Shown: positions 39,856 through 49,300 of the stretch, one piece after another
Layout: every line of letters begins with the position of its first letter
How positions within the stretch are numbered: position 1 is the first letter of the stretch
Origin: Candidatus Peregrinibacteria bacterium CG_4_9_14_0_2_um_filter_41_14
Lineage (GTDB): Bacteria; Patescibacteriota; Gracilibacteria; UBA1369; UM-FILTER-41-14
DNA length: 52,070 nucleotides
NCBI GenBank assembly: GCA_002788755.1
Contig: PFRW01000050.1
Span: 1 to 52,070, forward strand
Direction of reading: 5' to 3'
Position numbers and translations under genes: made by a program
Notes under the pieces: model-generated
Told to the model about the DNA's origin: nothing
The model's database searches: none
What the model saw: the letters and a program-made list of their open reading frames with translations, nothing else

Positions 39856-40551
39856 TTATAACGCCATCACCTCTTGAGTTTCAATCATTACACTCGGCCC
39901 CATGCTTGTAGTTAAATGAACCGCTTTTACATAGGTGCCTTTTGCACCACTTGGCTTAGCATCTAAAATTGCTTTTAGAAGTGCCTTGAGATTTTCTTCA
40001 AGTTTTTCATTTGCAAAAGAAACTTTGCCAAAAATATTGTGAATAATGCCGGTTTTATCTGTACGAAACTCAATTTTACCTTTCATAATTTGCTCAATAA
40101 TTTTGGCAGGTTCAGGAGTAACAGTTCCGGCTTTAGGACTAGGCATTAAGCCTTGTTGCCCCAATGTTTTGGCAACCTTACCTAACTTGGCCATTAACGC
40201 GGGCATGGCAACAACCATGTCAAAATCTGTCCAGCCTTTTTCAATTTTTGCGATTATTGTTTCATTGCCGGCATCGATTGCACCGGCTTTAATGGCTTCG
40301 TCCACTTTATCATCACTAACAATGGCAACCACGCGTACGGTTTTACCTGTACCATGTGGTAACATAATTGTTGAACGAACGATTTGATCAGCATGCTTAG
40401 GATCAACACCCAAACGGATGTGAATTTCGCATGAAGCGTCAAATTTAGTTGTGTTTGTTTCTTTTAAAAGTGCGATAGCCTCACTAATACTGTAAATTGG
40501 TTTAACCACTTTAGCTTTTGCGTCGCGATATTTTTTTCCGTGTTTAGCCAT
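39856..40551 (-). CDS. rplA: 50S ribosomal protein uL1
   Basis: MAKHGKKY...DASCEIHIRLGVDPKHADQIVRSTIMLPHGTGK matches L1. Confidence 0.96.
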   Translation of the reverse strand: MAKHGKKYRDAKAKVVKPIYSISEAIALLKETNTTKFDASCEIHIRLGVDPKHADQIVRSTIMLPHGTGKTVRVVAIVSDDKVDEAIKAGAIDAGNETIIAKIEKGWTDFDMVVAMPALMAKLGKVAKTLGQQGLMPSPKAGTVTPEPAKIIEQIMKGKIEFRTDKTGIIHNIFGKVSFANEKLEENLKALLKAILDAKPSGAKGTYVKAVHLTTSMGPSVMIETQEVMAL

Positions 40552-40624
40552 AATTGTATAATTAAATGATAGTGGTGTTAACGTCCTGGCGTGTGGACTC
40601 CCACAAAATAAATACTTAAATAAA

Positions 40625-41071
40625 TTATCCTTCTACCTTAACACCCATACTGCGAGCCGTACCACCAATAATTTTGGCAGCCTGTTCAACCGTATGCGCG
40701 TTTAGATCTTCCATTTTGATGGTTGCCACTGCTTCTAATTGTTTTTGAGTGATTGTACCAACCTTGGTTTTATTTGGTTCTCCGGAACCTTTTGGCAAAT
40801 TGATCGCTTTTTTAATTAAGAAAGCGGCTGGAGATGTTTTGGTAATGAAACTAAAAGTACGGTCTTCGTAAATTGTAATTTCGGCCGGAACGATTGCATC
40901 GCCCATGTCTTTTGTTTCATTATTGAACTGCGTACAAAACTCTTGAATCTGAATTCCGTGAGGACCTAGCGCAGAACCAACCGGTGGCGCCGGATTTGCC
41001 TTGCCGGCAGGAATTTGTAATTTAACAATTGATTTAATTTTTTTACCACTTTTACCACTTGGAGCAGCCAT
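40625..41071 (-). CDS. rplK: 50S ribosomal protein uL11
   Basis: [31 protein letters not shown] matches the L11 N-terminal domain. Confidence 0.96.
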   Translation of the reverse strand: MAAPSGKSGKKIKSIVKLQIPAGKANPAPPVGSALGPHGIQIQEFCTQFNNETKDMGDAIVPAEITIYEDRTFSFITKTSPAAFLIKKAINLPKGSGEPNKTKVGTITQKQLEAVATIKMEDLNAHTVEQAAKIIGGTARSMGVKVEG

Positions 41072-41249
41072 GAAAAACGGGTTAATTTGCTAAGCTTTTT
41101 TACAGGTTTTGCCTGTTTTCGTCAAGGCAAAAAAGCATAAAAGGCTGAATTTATTGACTCTATTGCTTCGACTATGGTATTATTTTTTAGAAATAAGTTT
41201 CCGGCCGTGGTTTATATACCACACCTAGCGGGAAATTTGTTTCTTTTTT

Positions 41250-41699
41250 TTATTTGGAATCTGGAAATATGGATATTAGAAATTTTTGATCAGTAATTTT
41301 GCTTTCCTTTATCTGCACATAAAAGAACTCATCCGCTAACGTAATTCCGCCAAAACGATGAAGTATATGATTTGAATTACTTGGATCATCCTTTGATATT
41401 GGGGTATTTTTCGAGTTTTTGATCAATTCGATGCCGCAGGGATAGAACTTAAGTCGCCTGGTTCTATCTTTCCAGTTTTTCTGATTAAGATGTTGCCAGA
41501 ATAATCCTAAAAATATTTTCTCGTTCCGAAAATAGGCAGATCGTATGTATGGTCTACGTTTTGTATTCGCCTTAATTTGCCTATACAGACTGAAAGCCTT
41601 TTTATACACATCAATGTATTTTGTGCCAGTAAATGGCTTGGTGCTAGTTTGATATACTTTCATAGTTATTATCTTACTTAGCAGCAAAGTATACATCAA
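41250..41699 (-). CDS. small basic hypothetical protein
   Basis: Very AT-rich ORF. The track start is TTG, and ATG alternatives lie at 41696 and 41663 (MKVYQTSTKP...). It is Lys/Arg-rich and I recognise no family. Confidence 0.45.
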   Translation of the reverse strand: MMYTLLLSKIITMKVYQTSTKPFTGTKYIDVYKKAFSLYRQIKANTKRRPYIRSAYFRNEKIFLGLFWQHLNQKNWKDRTRRLKFYPCGIELIKNSKNTPISKDDPSNSNHILHRFGGITLADEFFYVQIKESKITDQKFLISIFPDSK

Positions 41700-41748
41700 A
41701 AATTTTTTATATTTTTGAAAGAAATCTATTCAACCTTGCGTATCAGTT

Positions 41749-41764
41749 AATGCAAGCTTGCATT
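41749..41764. promoter_or_regulatory. perfect 16-bp palindrome AATGCAAGCTTGCATT in a divergent intergenic region
   Basis: Read directly from the sequence. It lies between the divergent genes 41250-41699 (-) and 41785-42318 (+) and is a candidate operator for a dimeric regulator. Confidence 0.35.
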
Positions 41765-41784
41765 TATTGTCTAACTTAAACAAA

Positions 41785-42318
41785 ATGACAAATACAACAA
41801 AGTCCACATTGGTCACGCTCCTGGCGTTATCGCTCTTAATTGTGGGCACTTCGGTTGTCTCGGCGCAGGACGCCAATAAGGCAACCGGCCAATTTTTGAG
41901 ATCACCTTGGGGAAATCCCGAGTCGGTTAAGGCGGTTGAGCAGGGCGATTTTAATGCATGGCGCGATGCCGTTGCGCCCAAAGCAACATTCGACGCTTTA
42001 GTAAAAGCCAACAAACTTAAAGCGGATGGTGATCTTAAAGGTGCCAAAGCGGTTTTAGATGAAGCCGGCGTTAAAGGCCCAATGGGTGGCGGGCAACACA
42101 TGATGTTTAGAGGCGAAAGCCAGAATCACGAAGCCATTCACGCCGCAATAGAAAACAACGAATTTACAGCATGGAAGGCGGCAATGGCCGACTTGCCAAA
42201 TGCTGATAAATTTGTCACTGAGGAAAACTTTAACAGTATGGTAAAAATGCACGAACTTAAGGAATCCGGAGATAAGGAAGGCTTAAGGACTTTAAGAATG
42301 GACCGTTTGAAAAAGTAG
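41785..42318 (+). CDS. secreted helical protein with two internal repeats
   Basis: Signal peptide MTNTTKSTLVTLLALSLLIVGTSVVSAQD. Repeat 1 is AVEQGDFNAWRDAV...FDALVKANKLKADGDLKGAKAVL and repeat 2 is AIENNEFTAWKAAM...FNSMVKMHELKESGDKEGLRTL. The track start at 41758 is a TTG inside the palindrome. Confidence 0.6.
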   Translation: MTNTTKSTLVTLLALSLLIVGTSVVSAQDANKATGQFLRSPWGNPESVKAVEQGDFNAWRDAVAPKATFDALVKANKLKADGDLKGAKAVLDEAGVKGPMGGGQHMMFRGESQNHEAIHAAIENNEFTAWKAAMADLPNADKFVTEENFNSMVKMHELKESGDKEGLRTLRMDRLKK

Positions 42319-42342
42319 CGTCTTCAAGAAACGTAATCAAAA

Positions 42343-42378
42343 AATCTCGCTCGGGAAGATCCCTGAGTGGGATTTTTT
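42343..42378 (+). terminator. intrinsic terminator
   Basis: TCTCGCTCGGG-AAGAT-CCC(T)GAGTGGGA forms a stem of about 11 bp with one bulge, followed by TTTTTT. It starts 25 nt after the stop at 42318. Confidence 0.7.
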
Positions 42379-42484
42379 GGTGAGGGTGGAAAGTATGGTA
42401 TCCATAATAGACGAAGGACATTTGATCCTCAACCCACTGCTATCGACAATACAATCACCGGTACTAATGCAGAGATAACCTCCA

Positions 42485-43195
42485 CTACAACAACAACCCC
42501 ATAAACGGCTTAAACGTCTCGTGATACTGCTTGGAATAGGCTAGGGCAAAAATGGAATTGCCGCTGATGGTGACGACAAAGACTTCGTTGATTTTGGCTT
42601 TGTGGTTGAGGTAGAAGGAGTTGTCGCCAAATTGATTGGTTTCGTTTACATCGATGCTGGTTATGGTTTTGGCTTGGGTTTTGATTTGGGTATAGAGTTT
42701 GCGGGCGTCTTGTTGATTTTTGAGCGTAAATTCGTAGACGGCGCCGAGGACATTTTTATTTGCGCCTTCACCAAGAACCAGCTGACCAAGGGCAACGTCA
42801 TCAGGGTTAACGTCTGTTTCAATCACATCAAAAACTTTGCCGCTAAAATTTACCGGTTGGTACTTAATATTAGGAATGTCGAGAGAAGGCAGTAAATCAA
42901 CAACTTTTTGGCTAACTTTTACACTGACGCCGCTAATTTGAGTATCGTCGTTAACGGGCAAATCGATGTTTTCTACAGTTTCGGTTACAGGAGTGGTGTC
43001 TGTAATTGGCTCAATATCCTTGATTTCGTCGAAAGATGCGGGAGGAGTGCTGTCTAAATTATCTAAATTGGTTAAGAGATTGGCGCTGGCACTGCTAGGA
43101 TACAGCTTGGACAAGTAATCTTGCGTGACAAGTTCGGCGGTAATACTTAAAACAATTACGGCAAAGATAATCGAAAAGATGGTAAACTTTTGCAT
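42485..43195 (-). CDS. membrane-anchored extracytoplasmic hypothetical protein
   Basis: N-terminal anchor FTIFSIIFAVIVLSITA. It begins 4 nt after the nusG stop on the same strand. I recognise no family. Confidence 0.55.
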   Translation of the reverse strand: MQKFTIFSIIFAVIVLSITAELVTQDYLSKLYPSSASANLLTNLDNLDSTPPASFDEIKDIEPITDTTPVTETVENIDLPVNDDTQISGVSVKVSQKVVDLLPSLDIPNIKYQPVNFSGKVFDVIETDVNPDDVALGQLVLGEGANKNVLGAVYEFTLKNQQDARKLYTQIKTQAKTITSIDVNETNQFGDNSFYLNHKAKINEVFVVTISGNSIFALAYSKQYHETFKPFMGLLL

Positions 43196-43199
43196 AGGT

Positions 43200-43745
43200 C
43201 TATTTCTTTTTAACTTGTGTGAACTCTAGTTCCACAGGTGTTTCGCGACCGAAAATGGTAATAAGGACCTTAACTTTACCTTTTTCATGATCAACTTCCT
43301 TAACATTGCCTTCGTAATTTTGGAATGGACCATCCAAGACAGTAACTTGATCCCCTTCTTGAAAATCGATTTTGAATTTAGGTTGGCTTTTGCCCATATG
43401 TCTTTCAACAACACGCCACTCTTCCGGCGATACCGGTACAGGGATTGTACCTGCGCCCACAAAGCCGGTAACGTTGGGTGTATTACGAACCACGTACCAA
43501 GAATCATCGTTTACGGTCATTTCGATAAGCACATAACCGGGGAAGATTGTACGTTCAACCTCTTTTGGTTGACCGTTTTTCATGATAATTTGCTTTTCTT
43601 TTGGAACGACAACACCAAAAATTAACTCTTGCATGTTCATAGACTCGATACGTTGTTCCAATGCTTTTTTTACAGCGTCTTCGTAACCGGAATAAGTATG
43701 AATTACATACCAGTTTCGTCCTGTATTAGCGGCTTGTTTAGCCAT
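43200..43745 (-). CDS. nusG: transcription termination/antitermination factor NusG
   Basis: NGN domain WYVIHTYSGYE and KOW motif GDQVTVLDGPFQNYEGNVKEVD. Confidence 0.95.
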   Translation of the reverse strand: MAKQAANTGRNWYVIHTYSGYEDAVKKALEQRIESMNMQELIFGVVVPKEKQIIMKNGQPKEVERTIFPGYVLIEMTVNDDSWYVVRNTPNVTGFVGAGTIPVPVSPEEWRVVERHMGKSQPKFKIDFQEGDQVTVLDGPFQNYEGNVKEVDHEKGKVKVLITIFGRETPVELEFTQVKKK

Positions 43746-43765
43746 AGAAAATGAGAGTTAAAATG

Positions 43766-44110
43766 CTAGTTTGCTGGTTGTTCAGCTGGGGTAGTTTCTG
43801 CTGGGGTGGGTTCGGGTACAACAACTGTGTTTGTTGTTGTTACTCCTTCGGCGTCAACGCCTACGCTAAGATCGCCTGCGTCGATGGTTGGTGTTTCGGT
43901 GGCGGGGGCTTCTTGACCAAATCCGCTTGTAATACTATAGTTTACGACTGCTTGGTAGCCTGCGTTAAAAACATAGTCTAACCCACCAATAACTAAGGCA
44001 AGTACAACTGTAAAGACAACAGTATACGTGGTCAATTTAATGGTTTGTTGCATTGTCGGCCAAGATACTTTGCTAAGTTCCTTAAAGCTATTTTTGATGT
44101 AGTTGATCAT
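43766..44110 (-). CDS. secE: preprotein translocase subunit SecE with Thr/Pro/Glu-rich C-terminal extension
   Basis: FKELSKVSWPT followed by a single TM helix (YTVVFTVVLALVIGGLDYVF), positioned directly upstream of nusG. The ATG at 44110 is preferred over the track GTG at 44116. Confidence 0.8.
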   Translation of the reverse strand: MINYIKNSFKELSKVSWPTMQQTIKLTTYTVVFTVVLALVIGGLDYVFNAGYQAVVNYSITSGFGQEAPATETPTIDAGDLSVGVDAEGVTTTNTVVVPEPTPAETTPAEQPAN

Positions 44111-44242
44111 GTGCACAGGTTAAGTTGATCTAATATTAAAAAGCCCGCTTTTGGGCTTGTTCTATTTAATTATAGCGATTTAAGTTATTTATGCAATCTT
44201 TTTTTAAGTGCCTGAGTTTGGATTGGCTTTGTACCATAGCTG

Positions 44243-44251
44243 TGTTATAAT
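44243..44251 (+). promoter_or_regulatory. extended -10 element (TGtTATAAT) upstream of the pilin-module locus
   Basis: TG at 44243-44244 and TATAAT at 44246-44251, 26 nt before the ATG at 44278. Confidence 0.45.
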
Positions 44252-44277
44252 AACTAGATTAAATTAGCTTAAACAAT

Positions 44278-45186
44278 ATGAAATTTGGGCTGAGAAGTTT
44301 ACTTTTGACTATGGCAACAGTACTGACATTATTTGCTGGAAACCTCTACATGGTGCCGCAAACAAATGCTTTTTTTGACTTGGCGACAGATCAATATACG
44401 CAGTTTTTGCCGGGTACAACAGGTAGTACATTGCAAGAGCGTGCCGGTAATCTTTTAAGTAGAGCGACGAATATTGTGCGGCTAGTGATTGCACCAATTG
44501 CCATTTTAATTATGTTAACCGGTAGCATTAGGATGGTAATGGCTCGTGGTGATGAAGAGGCATACAAAAAAGGCACACGGACACTGGTATATGGTACGGC
44601 CGGTATTGCCATTGTGGCTTTATCCGGTGATCTTGCACAACTGTTATCACCGGAAAGTGGGGGTCTGTTGGGTAGTGACGCTGTATTGCGTGAACGTGGT
44701 CTTATTTTTGATAACACACTGAGGATCGTTTTAACTTTTGTGAAATATGTGGCGGGAACGGTTGCCGTTGCTATGTTAGTGCGTATTGGATTCCGATTGG
44801 TGGCTTTTAGTGCCTCGGATGACGAATTGGCGGAAGACAAAAAGAATATGGGTTTAATTGCTGCCGGTCTTGTAGTTCTGATTTTTAGCGATACCTTAAT
44901 TAGAAAAGTTTTATACAAGGTCGACTCGCCTGTAGATGGTGCTGTTAGTGCTGATTTACCACAAGCTATGAAAGAGCTGGTGGGGTTTATTAATTTAATT
45001 GTGACTTTTGTGGGGCCAATTGCCCTGATTACTTTAGTGGCGGGTGGCGTGATGTATGCTGCTTCCGGTGTTAACGAGGAACTGCAAGCTAAGGCCAAAA
45101 AGATGATTGGCGTTTCGCTGGGAGGGATCATTTTAATTTATGGTGCCTTTGCGATTGTAAATACCTTTATTGTTGGTCGATTTTAA
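44278..45186 (+). CDS. polytopic membrane protein made of three tandem VirB2/TrbC-like pilin-hairpin modules
   Basis: Signal peptide ending ...PQTNA. The modules lie at about aa 62-123, 147-212 and 231-298. Each is a hydrophobic helix, then a loop such as ARGDEEAYKKG, SASDDELAEDKKN or ASGVNEELQAKAKK, then a second hydrophobic helix. The last ends AFAIVNTFI. Confidence 0.65.
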   Translation: MKFGLRSLLLTMATVLTLFAGNLYMVPQTNAFFDLATDQYTQFLPGTTGSTLQERAGNLLSRATNIVRLVIAPIAILIMLTGSIRMVMARGDEEAYKKGTRTLVYGTAGIAIVALSGDLAQLLSPESGGLLGSDAVLRERGLIFDNTLRIVLTFVKYVAGTVAVAMLVRIGFRLVAFSASDDELAEDKKNMGLIAAGLVVLIFSDTLIRKVLYKVDSPVDGAVSADLPQAMKELVGFINLIVTFVGPIALITLVAGGVMYAASGVNEELQAKAKKMIGVSLGGIILIYGAFAIVNTFIVGRF

Positions 45187-45193
45187 TCAAATT

Positions 45194-46231
45194 ATGTTGA
45201 AACTGTTTAAAACAATACCGTTAATCGTCATGCTGGCTTGCAGCCTGTTTGTAACCACAGTGCCTAGTGCCTTGGCTTTTAAGATTGATGTTAATGTAGT
45301 GCCAAAAGAAGATAACACGCCTCTAATTGATGAAAAAACTTCGCCACTACAATTTTTTGAGAACATTGGAAATGCGACAGATTTAAATAATATCAAAAAT
45401 GAAACCGGTGCAAACGTTGTGAGCGAAGGTGGTCTTGGCCAAATTACGGGACTGCTAAGTAAAATCATTAATATTATTAAATGGGCGATTGGTGGTGTAG
45501 CGGTAATATTTACAATTTGGACGGCGGTGCGCATGCTAACGGCAACCGATGAGGCTGAAGCAGTAATGACTGATGCAAAAAAGGGACTCACCTATTTATT
45601 AATTGGACTATTTTCGGTTTTTGCAATTGAGATTTTTGTGAATAATGTGCTGGTGATTGGTGATGGCAACTTTTTGGGCAGTGTGGATGCGGCAAGAAAT
45701 GCTGCCGGGGCGGCTAGTGCCGAAATTAGGGGCATCTATAACTTAGGTGAAATATTTTTGGGGATTTTTGCGGTGGGAATCATCATCTTTAATGGCTTTA
45801 AAATGGTGACCAATGCCGGCAATGATGAAGCGCTGGACAATGCCAAAAAGAATATTGGCTGGGGTATTGCCGGAATTGTATTGGTTGGTCTATCGGAGCT
45901 GATTGTGAAAGACATTTTGTTTGTAGATGCAGGGCAAGGTGGCTTTGATATTGAAAGAGCCAAACAACTAATTGTCCAGTTAACTAATTTTATTTCCGGA
46001 TTTATTGCGGTTACGGCGGTAGTCATGTTTATTTATGCAGGTTACTTATACATCTTTTCGGCCGTTGGTGATGACAATACCGAAAAAGTTAAGCAAGCAA
46101 TTTTGGGTGCTATTATTGGCATAATTATTGCTGCCGGTGCTTATGGATTAGTTAATACTTTTGTAAAATTTGAAGCACCAACATTTTCAGAGGTAATTCA
46201 AGGACAAATTGACAGTGGATTGGGGAATTAA
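45194..46231 (+). CDS. second polytopic protein with three pilin-hairpin modules
   Basis: Signal peptide MLKLFKTIPLIVMLACSLFVTTVPSALA. The three module loops are TATDEAEAVMTDAKKG, NAGNDEALDNAKKN and SAVGDDNTEKVKQA, each flanked by hydrophobic helices. The last module ends GLVNTFV. The track start at 45170 is TTG. Confidence 0.65.
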   Translation: MLKLFKTIPLIVMLACSLFVTTVPSALAFKIDVNVVPKEDNTPLIDEKTSPLQFFENIGNATDLNNIKNETGANVVSEGGLGQITGLLSKIINIIKWAIGGVAVIFTIWTAVRMLTATDEAEAVMTDAKKGLTYLLIGLFSVFAIEIFVNNVLVIGDGNFLGSVDAARNAAGAASAEIRGIYNLGEIFLGIFAVGIIIFNGFKMVTNAGNDEALDNAKKNIGWGIAGIVLVGLSELIVKDILFVDAGQGGFDIERAKQLIVQLTNFISGFIAVTAVVMFIYAGYLYIFSAVGDDNTEKVKQAILGAIIGIIIAAGAYGLVNTFVKFEAPTFSEVIQGQIDSGLGN

Positions 46232-46281
46232 GTAACGAAGCAAATCTTGGTTTCGTCAACTGGTTTTATGATTTAATACTC

Positions 46282-46311
46282 GCCCTTCCTTTCCATAAAG
46301 GGGCTTTTCTG
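46282..46311 (+). terminator. possible intrinsic terminator or attenuator between the pilin-module genes and the giant gene
   Basis: GCCCTT, an 11-nt loop, then AGGGGC (6 bp including one G-U pair), followed by TTTTCTGTT. Confidence 0.4.
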
Positions 46312-46341
46312 TTATACTTATAAGATTTATTTGAGGAAATT

Positions 46342-49300
46342 ATGCGTAAATTACTTTCTTTAATCGGTAAGTTCCTAACTGGAGCCATTCTTGCAACCAT
46401 GCTAATGGTGGCATTTGGTGGTACTGAGATTGTGGCAGCGCAAGATCTTTGCGGGTCTATCTCTGGTGACTTTGGGGGGTTTATTGATTGTAATGATCAA
46501 ATTACTTCTTTTACTCAGTTTTCGGGTGGCTTGGAGCCGGTGGCGGCTACGGGGCTAGATCCAAATTTAACGAGAACAGATAACGCGAGAGATTTTATTA
46601 AAAGTATTGTTAACTTTGCGCTGAGCTTTCTTGGTTTAATTGCGCTGGTCATTGTGATTTACGGTGGCTTTTTGTATGTAACCGATGCCGGTGCGGGTGA
46701 ACAGTCCGAAAAAGGGAAAAAGGCGATCATGTATGCGATTATTGGTATTTTGATTATTTTGAGTTCGTTTGCAATTGTAAACACGGTGCTAAAGGCGCCG
46801 GGTGACATTGGCACAAGTGGGCAGCCGGGTGGTCCGGGACAAACCAATGTGCAACAGTTAGCAAACTACAACAGTGCGGCCGAGCAAACTAAAGATGCAA
46901 CCTTGGAATTTATTAGAGCTTATGAAAATTACTTTAATCAAAGTGTACTGCTGCAAAAAATTATGACTTACAAGGCAGATAAGCTAACAACCAGACAAGA
47001 CATAATTGACTACCTTCAATTTGTACGTCGCAATTTAGCTGATCTTGAACGTCGGAATGGCACATCAGAGGGGACGGCTAATCTTTCGCAAGCATCGCTG
47101 GCGGCACGAATTACGATTGATAATGTTGTGGACCCGTCGTTGCAATTAATGGAAGACACGATTCAAGCCGAAACAACCGAGGAAGCCTATGTTAAGGCTT
47201 ACCGTAATGGTATTGGGAGCTTTATTGATGATTCACGCAAACTTGTGGACGATGTGGTAGAAGGTGTGTCTTCTGCCGGTACTGCAATTAAGAGTGTCTT
47301 TACGGGCGGTGATGCCGGTTTAAATAAGCGTGCTGAAGATATTAACTGTTACTTACCACCGGAATTCCGCGCTGCAGATAGATCCTTTGATTGTAAAGGA
47401 GCGCTAGAAAGCACGAAGACGAACAAAGGTAGTGATATTATCGACAGTGTAAATGCCTATATTGAAGACATTGTGATTAAGAATGGCATTAACGTTGATT
47501 ACAATGACCGGCTTGAGGTGATTGTTAATAGCACACGTGATATTCAAGATAACCTATTAAACTTTGGGACTGTGCAAGTAACTCCGGAAGTGGATCGAAC
47601 CTTTACAGAGGTAATAAATTTATTGGGCGATGCTCGTGCGGAAAATATTGCATATCAAATTAATGTTGGTCCAAATGAGTTTGGCAGTAACCCAAATGTG
47701 ACAGCATCGGAAGCATTTCAACGAACAGCCGTTGTCCGTGATTTATTATTAAAATTTAATGATCTATATGAGCTGCTCAATAATATTGATTTTGTGGCGG
47801 CCTTTGTGACAGCAACAGCAACAAGAGGTAATGCGCCACTGGTGGTGCAATTTGATGGCTCCGGCTCATACGATCCTGCCGATCAATCTTTAACAGATGA
47901 AAACTACGAATGGGATTTAGATGGTGATGGTCAATTTGGACGCATTAATCCGGACAACGTGATGGACTGTAAAGAAGAGAAACATGCAGTTGTCACTTGT
48001 ACATATAAACAACCCGGTTCATACCGTGTAGCCTTGCGTGTTACCAGTAACCGTCCGGAACAAATTGCACCGGGACTTGCCTATATTACCGTAAGCGTGC
48101 AAGAGCCGGTGGCTAAAATCGATTTAAAGACTGTAATTGATAGTGAGGAAATAGTTGTGCGCAGTTATAATGCATCCGGTTTTATTGAACGGGATATTGA
48201 CGAAGTGAGAGTAACCTTAAATGAGGCATCCGCCGGCGAAGGCATGGTGTTTGATGCCCGTGGTACGGCGCTAAATTCCGAAGGCAAACAAATTGTGCGC
48301 TACAGTTGGGATTTTGGCGACAGAACCGCCAAGCTAACCGGCAGTGAACAAGAGGCCGGGCGCGTGGCACATGTTTATACTCAAAATGGAACATATAGTG
48401 TGGTGTTGGAAGTAGAAGATGAAACAGGTAATAAGGATCGTAAAATTTTCCGTGTAGTTGTCACTTCTTTGGCGGCAAATTTGCGAGTTAGTGAATTTAG
48501 AGGCGACCTAAATACCGAATTTACTTTTGATGCCGGCCGCTCTAAGAGTGATGGTGGTCAAATTACACAATACAATTGGTCGATTGCCGGCGTGGATGAT
48601 TTGGATGCGGAAAATGCGCCGACCTTAAAACACCGATTTGAAAGTCCGGGCACATATACTGTGACCGTGCAAATTCAAGATTCGGCCGGTAATGCCGACA
48701 CGGTTTCTACCGAAGTACTGGTAGAGTCGCAAACGCCAAAGGCATTCTTTACGGTTGAGTTTATTCCAAGTCAACCAAGTACGGTCATTTTGGATGCTTC
48801 CAATAGTTATGATCCGGACGAAGGTGATGTACTTAGTTTTCAATGGACCGTATTTAATGCCCGCGAAGGTACTGATTTTGAGGTATTATCCGGCAAACTA
48901 AAAGGCCCTCGGGCTGATGCCGAAAAACTTAAACTCAAATTTAACAAACAACGTAACTATGTTGTGGAACTTAAAGTAGCGGACCAATACGAAGATGATC
49001 GTTTACGAAAAGAAACCAGCTTACAAGCAGATGTAAATATTCAATCACTAGTAGATGTGACAATAGGTACGGATCATCAACAAGCAGCCATTTTAAGAGA
49101 CGGTAAAGCTGATGTCACTCTGCATTTTGTCTCTGACTTTGCCAAAACCATAGAAGTGGATTTTGGCGATCAGTCGCAAGAGGCGGGCGCTTTTACAAAT
49201 GGTAGCTTTAAGGTTAATCATACTTATACGCAGTCTGGTTTATACCGTGTAGTTGCGCATGCTTTTGGACCGGAAGGTGATGAAAACAGTGTCACAACAA

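Noticed and set aside
44143-44160. Hairpin AGCCCgcttttGGGCT in the secE / pilin-locus divergent spacer, considered as a terminator
   Set aside because: The stem is only 5 bp. It lies upstream of both flanking genes, so no transcript is positioned to be terminated there. It may be a leader structure, but the evidence is insufficient.
44391-45131. 246-aa ORF antisense to the first pilin-module gene (also 45187-45591 and 45736-46026)
   Set aside because: These are shadow ORFs of hydrophobic-codon-rich genes. The sense strand has a signal peptide, repeated modules and a promoter.
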